Origin: Naegleria gruberi
Taxonomy: Eukaryota
DNA: 64,000 nucleotides
Strand: one strand, 5' to 3'
Assembly (NCBI GenBank): GCA_000004985.1
Contig: GG738891.1
The notes beneath the pieces are model-generated. The model was given only the letters and a program-made list of their open reading frames with translations, made no database searches and was not told where the DNA came from. Numbering within the stretch: position 1 is the first letter of the stretch; each line of letters starts with the position of its first letter. The translations under genes and the position numbers were made by a program. This document shows, piece by piece, positions 43,101-51,183 of this stretch.

Positions 43101-43484
43101 ATTACTTAAAGATGGAGTGATAAGATTTGTAGAGCTGATCAATGAATTTACGAAGAGTTTCTGTTTTTCTTCCGAGATGGAAATTTGTTCATTCATATTA
43201 GATTGAAGTCTTTTCCAATCCTTAGTTCTTAGTTGATTAAAGTCTTGTTGTACGGATATGATGGTGTTTCTAAAATTTACTGCCTGTTCTTCTAACAATT
43301 TCTTAAATAATGTAAATTGTTCTTCTATTAATTCATGTTGAGCAACGGCTGTTTCCTCCTTCTTTTCATTCAACAATACTTCCTTCACAATATTTCTTCG
43401 TTGTTCATCATACTCCTCCGAAGATATAAAACCCTGATTTAATAATTCCTTGAGAAGGAATAAGGTTTGTAAATGTTCCTTCAT
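37194..43484 (-). CDS. Giant (2096 aa) coiled-coil protein with internal tandem repeats
   Basis: Single 6.3-kb ORF, ATG at 43484..43482. Heptad-rich with E/K/L/N/Q/S/I-dominated composition throughout. Overlapping plus-strand track ORFs (39246.., 39772.., 39979.., 40435.., 41086.., 41181.., 41344.., 41785..) are low-complexity antisense artefacts. Confidence 0.75.
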   Translation of the reverse strand: MKEHLQTLFLLKELLNQGFISSEEYDEQRRNIVKEVLLNEKKEETAVAQHELIEEQFTLFKKLLEEQAVNFRNTIISVQQDFNQLRTKDWKRLQSNMNEQISISEEKQKLFVNSLISSTNLITPSLSNTSYSSIDTQDRDSGSLHVTSDSLDEIKVELLSKFDNIDKRIRGFMENTKEYIDKSIIQVKQDFLEHKQQQNEAKHEILELLNKKIDLSVDSLTLSNEKAFTEIEEHKKDLAKALETATGVQKEFNSSLSNLKRELFDYMNTTLREELIKTMNRGDEFVLKSASEVARQYMDLKVEKLEHDLQKTNVHLKDEASNLKEGVQATKSSTEKIIHNLKQDMIASHSRLQNDVQEKVSDVQKILNESEMELISEISALNVKFDSETLTLSDNLENARNEMKTNLSKHEVEVNRILTVNKEELLTKSDNLKKEMDTKIQTQQQHIVKLEQDVNSKQKLNDARFENVSKKLVEANTNLNEKTNKLEQSLMKEINANKTSAEEQVRTVSKKLDSDISSVKSDIINREKDTNSKIDKKFIDLKSMINTSKTDLETSMTKQKEELKKNITQTSQTLEKTIEDKSNTLQNDLESFKKESKDLINKNKENSDEAITSVKKSLNNEVKDLKSSIESETQQINKKIENNSTTSQQQYNENSEGIRKLKDSVSDVEIGLKNSISDTTFRLERLKEENSLLKESAEKLRKGLDDFKVLLDDMKIQTNKDLGDIQRDLEQSTSDTSKKQEDTITKIKKAEEELNEKIEAIKKQITEHVKKTDVSNMEESINKKISSVVSTTETLQEQSKSAHHKIDTVSTALKEHSQSSDSKIENIIGITDSLKQDTKSVINRFEKLIQDTKSEIDTSLKKINDLMNSLNDNQKQKLKDEIETLEKSVKLEIKEKISDIYDKIRLESVRPQQLTLTTERVDALKKEFENIRDNSLEKFSTVNDKIEKLLKFKEEQAEATKTVATKTDLETVKNDSKENSKGIEDAKQQIKKIETNLQPALESIKKLEGSNTETISKIEILNNKTQEIVKQIANSSEILVRVEKDSSDKIERISENVNSLHENVNETKAELNEKIASSLDVNAIVEEKLKSAQEQLSNTIDEHVKISTQSLEKSVTTLEMDVATLKNDTTTSREELKGLIETNNTSTEQQFDEKILSLKNDIENVKDTMMTSVQQMNSSILDVRNTASEIIESVESVKQTLPIDTISKMEVSIEEIRKEELLLEDKINGVKNDVDNINQSLTTSIQQMNQSISDVRNTATEIVNSVDLFKNSIPIDTISNMEVSMEEIRNELEENEKDDQNTKELLKKLNEDQQEIHQKLTESSNKVQELNTNLNDLKESHDSVKKLADQFEDKIAERISKLDTENYNKLKTKLDEMETIVNGTVSDVAVKVTNLEGEVIKGKDEVDQLKKSQSDILRKIENVVSSVSTMENENINIKANQEESQNQLQEVSKKMDNVVSETSLGEKVQQVVAEEIKKVEDQITSTEEKVKSHDERISSLTTQVESQEKLLESHKEEIKSAKDGVKAITNSENKINELQNSVINIQEKQNELSNEVVDIKSKLPLEKIGKIEESLDQIRKDIQENEKDDNETKNELKDIQNKLDENIKKVNDINKTEMDESISSLKSSIENVKDTMTTSIQNMNESISEVRATASDIVNSVLDIKNSLPIDRLATIEVSIEDLRNELEENEKDDQNTKEALKKLNENQEEIQNKLNETSKSVEEMKEKFAESDKLVQDLKNSSENILTVDSNIITALQEDNTKIKGDIKSHFDVYELDSKCNNMILEDLQKFKTETSDILSNLKEKRDNDAMKKQIEENQTAITGLKEVIDKITIQTLSDLKTQVESLISKENQSVQDENLKKYSEMVQQIQTQLQELDKKKLDIESLEKREVELKENIISTFKQNQENEIKVQLDKEIAPTLSQIKEQSETLSSLRKTIDDEVLGKISKNVEQITQIEAKITEMGLNNGKDDLIECIKLLEDEVKQDVLQKLEEEKKNLDKVSKELTETIQNVSKQVEEMKNEQESSANDQSEISKNMFEKISTCFSKINSIGLQCDSVAQTTKDQMFFIVNKIQEMEQSKLELIQKIVRENNQM
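38290..40010 (-). repeat. Intragenic tandem duplications (about 300-nt units, roughly 75-85% identical) inside the coiled-coil gene
   Basis: Three copies of the module IENVKDTM(M/T)TS(V/I)QxMNxSIxxVRxTAxxIVxSV...LPIDxxxxxEVS(I/M)E(E/D)(I/L)RxE (about 39800..40010, 39490..39790, 38290..38600). Two to three copies of LEENEKDDQNTKE(L/A)LKKLNExQxEIxxKL (about 39540..39620, 38360..38450, variant 38700..38800). Confidence 0.6.
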
Positions 43485-43767
43485 GATTTAATCACAATGT
43501 AAAAAGGCCTTAAAAAAAACTCTGTAGGCTTCGAGCTATTTTACCGTTGAGGATTTTGGCTTAATTTTTTAAAAAATAACTGAAAGTTTTCCCTCTCTTT
43601 TTGGATTTGGTTCAAATCTGGTTATGATCGGAACCTTATTATCTTATTGTTATCATAATATCATTCCGTTCATTTACAATAATAATTAATAGAGTAGCAG
43701 TGTTAGTATCAATATATCAATATTATTCATTAATACTACTATTATCATCCGTATATGTAATAATTTT

Positions 43768-45135
43768 CTAATCATAAATATTCAATGATTGTTTAAGAGA
43801 ATATCCAATGAGTTTAGAAATGGGATTTAAGGTTTTGGATTGATAAGCTACACCACTCTTCAATGCTCTCTCACAATGACTCACAATTTCAGCACATGAT
43901 ATTCTCTGAGATGACTTTCTTCTTGTCATTCCAATAATTAGATCCAACATTTCTGGAGATGCTTTCTCATTCAGAGTCCATGTTATCTTCCTTCTGAAAT
44001 GTGAATCTGGATGAGTATTTTCACATGCCATTTGTTGTCCCATTCCCATTTTACAATCAGATAAGCAAGTAGATGCAATTAAATTAATCATTGTAACACC
44101 CAATGAGAAAACATCAGAGGATGGAGTAATTTCTCTGTGAAAAGTAAATTGCTCAGGAGCCATATACAGTAAACTACCTGCTCCTAAGGGATTTGAGCTA
44201 AGTGTTTCTAATGATCTAGTTAATCCAAAATCTGACAAGACAACATCAATAATTCCATTTTCCAAATCAATACTACGAATTAAAATATTCTCTGGTTTTA
44301 CATCTCTATGAATAAATAATGATTTATGCATATAATCAAGTGCAGATGCAATTTGATGTAAAACTTGCCAACACATTTCTGGTTTTAATTTTCCCTTATA
44401 TTTCGTCAATGAACCATCTTTCATATATTCACTTTCTACAAGTGCATAATTGAAACAATATTTCATTTCTGGGTTGATTTTCAAAATATGAGGATGTATC
44501 AAATTTCTTGAACATTCTCTTTGAATTTCTGTTAGTAAATGTTCTTCATTCTTAATTTCAATCATTTTAACAGCTAATGAATTTGGAAAAGTGCTACGAA
44601 TATGATAGACAATTCCATATCCACCCTCTCCAATCACTTCACCAACAAGTCCAGGATATAAATTTTCCAAAATTAGTCTTCTAGGATCATCAGTACTTGG
44701 ATTATTATTGACTATTAAATCATATCCAAATGAATTGTAATAATTATTTATAAAACATTGTTTTGATTCCATTCCTCCTCCTACTCCAACTACTGATGGT
44801 GATACTAATGGAAGAAGAGGTTGTTGTTGATGTAAATTGGTCAGTGATGATGATAATGTTGTCATGTCATTATGTTGAGGTTGAGTTTCTTCTTGTGAAT
44901 TATAATACATATTAGAATTAATTGCAAATGTTATTGAATTCCGTAAATGATTCATTGCTGTGGAGTCAATTGCCATCATCATTGAAGAGTAGTCATCAGT
45001 GTAATTGTCACTGTTGTTTGATGTAATTATCGGAAGTGATTGATAAGTGTTGTTAGTGGTGGTATTGGAAATTGGTTGTTGTTGTGGTTGAGTATTTTCA
45101 TTAGAATCGTTAAAGTAATAGTTAGTGGGAATCAT
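43768..45135 (-). CDS. Ser/Thr protein kinase with an Asn/Gln-rich N-terminal region
   Basis: 455 aa. Kinase subdomains GEGGYGIVYH, AVKMI, HRDVKPENILI, DFGLTRS, YMAPEQF. Confidence 0.8.
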   Translation of the reverse strand: MIPTNYYFNDSNENTQPQQQPISNTTTNNTYQSLPIITSNNSDNYTDDYSSMMMAIDSTAMNHLRNSITFAINSNMYYNSQEETQPQHNDMTTLSSSLTNLHQQQPLLPLVSPSVVGVGGGMESKQCFINNYYNSFGYDLIVNNNPSTDDPRRLILENLYPGLVGEVIGEGGYGIVYHIRSTFPNSLAVKMIEIKNEEHLLTEIQRECSRNLIHPHILKINPEMKYCFNYALVESEYMKDGSLTKYKGKLKPEMCWQVLHQIASALDYMHKSLFIHRDVKPENILIRSIDLENGIIDVVLSDFGLTRSLETLSSNPLGAGSLLYMAPEQFTFHREITPSSDVFSLGVTMINLIASTCLSDCKMGMGQQMACENTHPDSHFRRKITWTLNEKASPEMLDLIIGMTRRKSSQRISCAEIVSHCERALKSGVAYQSKTLNPISKLIGYSLKQSLNIYD

Positions 45136-45457
45136 TTAGAAGAAGGTTAATTATTTGTTTTTTTTTACATTTACAATTTCAAAGTCAATTAGGATAGTAA
45201 TTTACCTAATTGAATCAAGTCTTTGATAACATAATATTTCAATGTATTACAATCATAATAGAATAGTGCTTGCTCACTCTTAGATTCTTAGTCCTCACAC
45301 ACTTGTATTTTGAATAAATAATATCAGGCTTATGGCTATGTCTCCATAGCCTGTAGAGTTATTTGAATAAGAATGGAATCCATTCTTAAAATAAAATTTT
45401 CAATTTAAAAAAAAAGCCTAGCTTGTGTATTATTTGATTGATCAATCATTTTAAAAA

Positions 45458-47182
45458 ATGTTCATCACAAGCAAATTGACTCGTATGAATCGCTTGATTG
45501 CTTCCAATCAAAATGCAACCAATGTACTTTTAAAATCTTCACAACAACGTTTATTTTCTACCTTAAATAATCAAATTCGTAATTCCCAATTTGAAGATGA
45601 AGAAACTAGTGAAACCAAGACTGAAGAAGAAAAATCAATTGAAGAAATTTTGAGAACTAAAACATCATTAACACCAAGTGAAATTGTTTCTCAATTGGAT
45701 AGGAATATTGTCGGACAAGCTGATGCTAAGCGTGCTGTAGCTGTTGCTTTAAGAAATCGTTGGAGAAGACAACAATTGGATTCCTCTATCAAGGATGAAA
45801 TTATTCCTAAGAATATTCTCATGGTTGGTCCAACAGGGTATGTTTTTTAATGCTAGTTATTATTATATATTTTAATATTTAAATCATATGATGGTTGTAT
45901 TGTCAATAATAATTATTAATCTTTCTATTTTACATATTATTCGACACATAATAATACTAATAATAACAATACTATTTACATGAAATATCAAATTCTAATA
46001 ACAATAATACATCCGATTTTAATAATATTATTAATCCTATATAGTGTTGGTAAGACTGAAATTGCCAGACGTTTAAGTAAATTAGCCAATGCCCCATTTA
46101 TTAAAACAGAAGCAACTAAATACACTGAAGTTGGATTCCACGGAAGTGATGTAGATAGTATTATTCGTGATTTGGTTGAAGTTGGTATTCAACACACAAA
46201 GGATAGATTGAGAGCAGCATATAAAACTAAAGCTCGTGAATTTGCCGAAAATAAGATTATTGAAACATTGACTGGTAAAAAGAAGAATAGTGATGAATCT
46301 CTTTTCAATGAGTGGAGAAAACAATTGAGGAGTGGAGTATTGGATGATAAAGAAATTGAAGTTGAACTTCCAGTTGAAAAACCAAGAGGATTACCTGGAG
46401 CAGGAAATATGCAAGGAAGAATGCCACCACAAGTTGATATTCAAGATTTATTATCTCCATTGTTTGGTGGAAGTGGAAGTAAAACTAAGAAACGTAGAAT
46501 GAAAATCAAGGAATGTCTTCCAAAATTAGAAGAAAGTGAAGTTGACAAATTATTACAAACTGATGTTGTTATCAAGGAAGCTATTCGTTCTGTTGAAGAA
46601 GATGGTATTGTTTTCATTGATGAAATTGATAAGATTTGTAGTTCTTATAAGGATAGACATGATGCTTCATCGGAAGGTGTTCAACGTGATTTACTTCCAA
46701 TTATTGAAGGAACCACTGTTAGTACAAAATATGGTAATGTAAAGACTGATCACATTTTGTTCATTGCATGTGGTGCTTTCCATAGTGTTAAACCAAGTGA
46801 TATGTTGGCTGAATTACAAGGTAGATTGCCAATTCGTGTTGAATTGAAGGGATTGACTGAAAAGGATTTCAATAGAGTTTTGACTGAACCTGAAACAAAT
46901 ATTTTAAGACAAAATATTGAATTACTCAAGACTGAAGGTGTTGATTTGGAATTCACTCCTAGTGGTGTTAATGAAATTGCTAAGGTTGCCTTTGAAGTTA
47001 ATACAACAATTGAAAATATTGGTGCTCGTCGATTGATTACCATTGTAGAAAAGATTTTGGAAGAAATTTCATTCAATGCTCCAAGTATGAGTGGTCAAAA
47101 GGTTGTCATAACAGATAAGGAAGTTCAACAACATGTTGGTGCATTGTTGAAGAAGTCAGATTTGAAGAAATTCATTTTGTAA
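45458..47182 (+). CDS. hslU: ATP-dependent protease ATPase subunit HslU (mitochondrial-type, with N-terminal presequence)
   Basis: join(45458..45837,46045..47182); 207-nt intron gtatgt..atatag in phase 2 splits the Walker A motif (MVGPTG|[10 protein letters not shown]). Collinear with bacterial HslU ([30 protein letters not shown] ... [11 protein letters not shown] ... [38 protein letters not shown] ... [11 protein letters not shown] ... NIGARRL) and ends ...KKFIL like E. coli HslU. The track start 45980 is an artefact. Confidence 0.85.
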
Positions 47183-47220
47183 ATTTAATTAAAAATTGTA
47201 AAAAAACTTTGAGGTAATCT

Positions 47221-47952
47221 TTACATTGAATAAGCAATGATATTTTGAGCAATGAAATAAGTTGGTAATCCAATCATTGAATTATATGGAGATTGAATTA
47301 AAAATTGTTGACGAGCTACAAAAATATCTGATAAACAAAATAGAGAAGCTCCAATAACTCTCAAATAGGCAAGTTCTAAAGATGAAAATCCTTCTCCTCT
47401 AAAAATTAATTTGTAAAATAAATTCTTGAAAAAAACAAAATAATTCTTTGTCAATAAATTTTCACCTGCACCTGAAATGGCAGTCATTGTTGAAATAACT
47501 CCTAAATATGGATAAACAAGAACATCATAACTTCTATCTTGAATTTTTGCAACAACAAATAAATAACCATATCCATAACAAATAATAAAGGATGCAACAA
47601 TTGGAATGATTAAACTAATATAATGTTCTCTGGTTGACTTGAATTTTGATTTAAAAATTGTAAGAAAAGTCAAAGCATAAAAAACATGACATAATAAGAA
47701 TGAAAAACCACCCATCATGAAACCATTTGGAAGGGCTAATAAAACATCACCAATAATTGCAAATATTAAAGCAATAAAAGTGAGTACATTCTCTGAATTC
47801 AATCTCATATATCCAATATAAACAAATAACAAGGCACAACTTGCTTTAGTATATACATTCGGACCCAAACCTATAAAGTGATTCAATAACAAGACAATTA
47901 ATAATGTCCATTCATAGATACGATTGTAATTATTTGATCCTAAGAATACCAT
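47221..47952 (-). CDS. YhhN-family membrane protein (TMEM86/lysoplasmalogenase-like)
   Basis: 243 aa, about 7 TM, with the family motif IFAIIGDVLLAL and a second conserved region. Confidence 0.6.
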   Translation of the reverse strand: MVFLGSNNYNRIYEWTLLIVLLLNHFIGLGPNVYTKASCALLFVYIGYMRLNSENVLTFIALIFAIIGDVLLALPNGFMMGGFSFLLCHVFYALTFLTIFKSKFKSTREHYISLIIPIVASFIICYGYGYLFVVAKIQDRSYDVLVYPYLGVISTMTAISGAGENLLTKNYFVFFKNLFYKLIFRGEGFSSLELAYLRVIGASLFCLSDIFVARQQFLIQSPYNSMIGLPTYFIAQNIIAYSM

Positions 47953-48284
47953 ATCTTTCTTTTTTATCTATTATTATTATGATATTGAATATTGATGAAG
48001 GAGTGATTCTATTTTTTATGTGGTGAATCTCTCTCGTTGTTCTGAATGATTCTAAAATGATGATTTTTAAATTTAATCTTTTATTGTCGGTTTTCAATCC
48101 GATCAACAACATTCCTCAAATTTAATTTAGCCTGTTTAGATCGGTAAGCTGTACGATCAAGTAAATTCTGTTCAGTCAAATCCTTATTAGAAAGCCTTTT
48201 TAGAAAATAATTTGAAAATAATTTCAATTACAAAAAACTATTTATTATTTTATTAAGCATTGGTTATAATATTATTGTAAAATA

Positions 48285-49634
48285 TTACAAAATTGGAACA
48301 TTTTTCTGTACAAATAATTTAGAAAGTGAATCTCTTGATTTTAAAATAAATCTTTCAAGTAAAATTTGTAAATCTTGTAAAACAAAATTACATAAAGTTG
48401 TATGTAAAATTAATGAAATTCTTTCAAATCTTTCTAAAATTAATTTTAATTCTTCAATTTCTCTAATTTTACTTGTTGATGAAAATTCTTTTAATAAATC
48501 TTCATAAATTGTAATCCAATCATCAATAAAATGAATATTATTAAATACTTGTATTAACCATGGTACATATGGTCTTTCTGATGTTTCTTCTTTAGCATTT
48601 CCTTTTATAGTATTTGATATTGTTTTAAACATTGATTTACCAAATCCAAATACTTTACTTGATAAGGAAATTGATGAATCAATATTATAATTTTCATTTT
48701 CATTATTTCCTGTTGTTACTCCTGCTATTGTTGTTGCTCCTGTTGTTGCTGTTGTTGTTGTTGCTGATGATGAAGAAGATGATAAATTATCATTTTCATC
48801 ATTTTCATCATCTAAAAATAAATTAAACATATTTGGATCTTGAATTGATAAAGGTTGATTTGATTGTTGTAATTGAATATTTAAATTAATATATTTAGAT
48901 AAATCTTTTTGTAAAATTAACATGTTATTTAATAATTTATCTTGAATATTAATAACAATTCCAAAATCAATTAATTTAATATCCTTTCCATTTTTAGAAT
49001 GTATTAACATGTCAGTTTTAAAATCAGAAATATTTTCTGATAATTTTTGACAAAAATTAATTTTATGAGATTGACCAAATAATTTTGCACCTTGTTGAAA
49101 CCAAACTTTCTTACTTATATACAAATTTGGAAATAAATGTCCTCCATTTAACATTGTTTGTGATAATCTTTTAATTAACCAATATGTACGATGTCTATAT
49201 TTAGTAGGTATATCAAATTCATTTGAATATTTTGGTATTTCTTCTTCAATATATTGAAATTTATCATTAAATATTATTAACTGTTGATGATTTTCTATAT
49301 TTGTTACAATTTCATTTGGATATAAATAGTCATGTAATTCTGAATTTAATTCTTTAACACTTTTTTTAATTTTTTTATGATTTGATAAAATATTTGAAAG
49401 TGTTGAATGATTTGTATTATTATTATTATTATTAGATGTATTATTATTGGATGTAGAATTGGATGTATTATTGGATAATGTAGAATTTAAATTGGATGTA
49501 GAATTGGATATAGCAGAATTATTCAAGACTGTTGAAATAGTTTGATTATTTCCATTAGTATTATTATTATTAGATACATTTTGATTATTATTTTCAATTA
49601 CAATAAAATTATCTTCTGTTGTAATACCTTCCAC
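48285..49634 (-). CDS. Asn-rich hypothetical protein; 5' end unresolved
   Basis: The track start is a GTG. The frame is open upstream to about 49761 through an AAT-microsatellite-encoded poly-Asn region with no ATG; the first in-frame ATG is far downstream (...SQTMLNG). A folded-looking region (YPNEIVTNIENHQQLIIFNDKFQYIEEEIPKY ... PYVPWLIQVFNNIHFIDDWITIYEDLLKEF) supports coding. Confidence 0.4.
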   Translation of the reverse strand: MEGITTEDNFIVIENNNQNVSNNNNTNGNNQTISTVLNNSAISNSTSNLNSTLSNNTSNSTSNNNTSNNNNNNTNHSTLSNILSNHKKIKKSVKELNSELHDYLYPNEIVTNIENHQQLIIFNDKFQYIEEEIPKYSNEFDIPTKYRHRTYWLIKRLSQTMLNGGHLFPNLYISKKVWFQQGAKLFGQSHKINFCQKLSENISDFKTDMLIHSKNGKDIKLIDFGIVINIQDKLLNNMLILQKDLSKYINLNIQLQQSNQPLSIQDPNMFNLFLDDENDENDNLSSSSSSATTTTATTGATTIAGVTTGNNENENYNIDSSISLSSKVFGFGKSMFKTISNTIKGNAKEETSERPYVPWLIQVFNNIHFIDDWITIYEDLLKEFSSTSKIREIEELKLILERFERISLILHTTLCNFVLQDLQILLERFILKSRDSLSKLFVQKNVPIL

Positions 49635-49700
49635 TATATTACCATTATTATTATTATTATTATTAATATTATTATTAACATTCTTATTATTATTAAATTG
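49410..49700. repeat. AAT/ATT (Asn-codon) microsatellite-rich segment
   Basis: Runs of (att)n/(aat)n at about 49415..49445, 49561..49572 and 49645..49700 within and upstream of the coding frame. Confidence 0.6.
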
Positions 49701-49857
49701 TTCTTGTTGATTTAATTTAGATAAATGATTAGCTCTATCTGAATATAATTTTGAATATTTAATACTTTTTTAAATATTTGAGAAAGATATTATAACAATA
49801 AATTACATTTCTGATAAAATTGTTTTTTACAAAAAAGAAAATTAAAATAGTTTATTG

Positions 49858-50778
49858 TTAATTTGATTTTGTAATAATTGGTGAATATTGAATAGGTTGA
49901 TTATTGAGTTCAAAATTTAAATCATTTTGTTTTTGTTTAAATTCAAATCTAATAAATAATATAATTACTATAAATGTAAATAAAAATAAAATTGATAAAA
50001 TTATTAAATTAAAATTTTGATTAAAATAAAATAATAATTGATTATCATCCATATTCATAATACTACATTTATTTTTAATACAAATAGGTTTTAATTTTAA
50101 ATTACCATATATATACATATTACTATATAAATTTAAATATTCTTTTTTACAATTATTATTATTGGAATCATTTTTACATTTATAAATATCATAATTACAA
50201 ATAATATTTTTTCTATTATTATACCAATTTAAATTTAAACTTGTAAAATCATTTAAATTATTAAAATTATTTTTTAAATTATTTAATAAATAACAATATT
50301 GTTCATTACAACAATCCCATCTAAAATTTAAATTATTAACAATTAAACAATCATTATCATAATTGCAATTAAATTTATCATTTTCATATTTTTTTAATTC
50401 ATAATCAGATGGATCTCCTTTTATAGTATTTATTGTAATATCATTATATATATTTAAATCAAATGGTAATGGTTCATTAAATATTTTAGGTAATTGTGAT
50501 ATAACTGTACATTTCATTGGATATACATTTTTATTAATTAAACAATCTTTAATTGATATACATTTATAGAAATTATTAATTTGATTCGAATTTTTATAAC
50601 ATTCACTTTTTAATAATTCATTATTATTAATTAATTCCGATTGTTGTTGTTTAGATTTATTTATTAATAATAAAAATGTTATTGTTATGATGATGAATAA
50701 TAATAATAGATTTGATGATGATTTGATGATTGTTGTTGTTGGTGTAGAGTGATTTGTTCTTTGGTGGCGTGATTGCAT
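49858..50778 (-). CDS. Cys-rich type I membrane protein, hypothetical
   Basis: The first ATG (50778) gives MQSRHQRTNHSTP..., followed by a hydrophobic signal/anchor (LLLLFIIITITFLLLI), about 27 Cys in an Asn/Tyr-rich ectodomain, a C-terminal TM (LIILSILFLFTFIVIILFI) and a short tail. The track start 50832 is a TTG. Very AT-rich coding, so moderate confidence only. Confidence 0.4.
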   Translation of the reverse strand: MQSRHQRTNHSTPTTTIIKSSSNLLLLFIIITITFLLLINKSKQQQSELINNNELLKSECYKNSNQINNFYKCISIKDCLINKNVYPMKCTVISQLPKIFNEPLPFDLNIYNDITINTIKGDPSDYELKKYENDKFNCNYDNDCLIVNNLNFRWDCCNEQYCYLLNNLKNNFNNLNDFTSLNLNWYNNRKNIICNYDIYKCKNDSNNNNCKKEYLNLYSNMYIYGNLKLKPICIKNKCSIMNMDDNQLLFYFNQNFNLIILSILFLFTFIVIILFIRFEFKQKQNDLNFELNNQPIQYSPIITKSN

Positions 50779-50852
50779 TTTTTTTGTAGTGAAATGTGAC
50801 AGGAGTAAATAATTATCAAAGTAAAAAGTCAATTAAAACAGATGGGGAGGGC

Positions 50853-50857
50853 AAAAG
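50853..50857 (-). terminator. RNA polymerase III terminator T-run immediately 3' of the tRNA
   Basis: Minus-strand ...TGACTCCA|CTTTTG: a TTTT run begins 1 nt after the discriminator base. Confidence 0.45.
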
Positions 50858-50893
50858 TGGAGTCATAGGGAATCGAACCCTAGACCTTCTGCA

Positions 50894-50924
<31 letters not shown>

Positions 50925-50930
50925 AACCCC
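50858..50930 (-). tRNA. tRNA-Ala (anticodon UGC)
   Basis: Minus-strand sequence GGGGTTATAGCTCAGTTGGTAGAGCGTCTGCTTTGCATGCAGAAGGTCTAGGGTTCGATTCCCTATGACTCCA folds as a cloverleaf: 7-bp acceptor stem with the G3:U70 Ala identity pair, D arm GCTC/GAGC, anticodon stem TCTGC/GCAGA, loop TTTGCAT (anticodon TGC), T arm TAGGG/CCCTA with TTCGATT loop, discriminator A. A and B boxes are present. Confidence 0.9.
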
Positions 50931-51183
50931 TTATGTTCATTGTCCCAAAAATTCAGTATTTGACACGAAACAGAATGTGAACTAAGGAGACATTGTTGTT
51001 CGATCTTAACTGCAGTCAAGTGATCCTTTGGTTGGATCCTTCATCAAGTGTTGCTCTCTTGATATTTTTTTGGATCTTCACTGCAATATTTTTCAGCCTC
51101 TTTTCTTATTAAACGACAAGTTGCTGTAATGGTTGCCGTACAACCAACTTGAACCATTTTGAAAAAAATGAATAAATACAACA

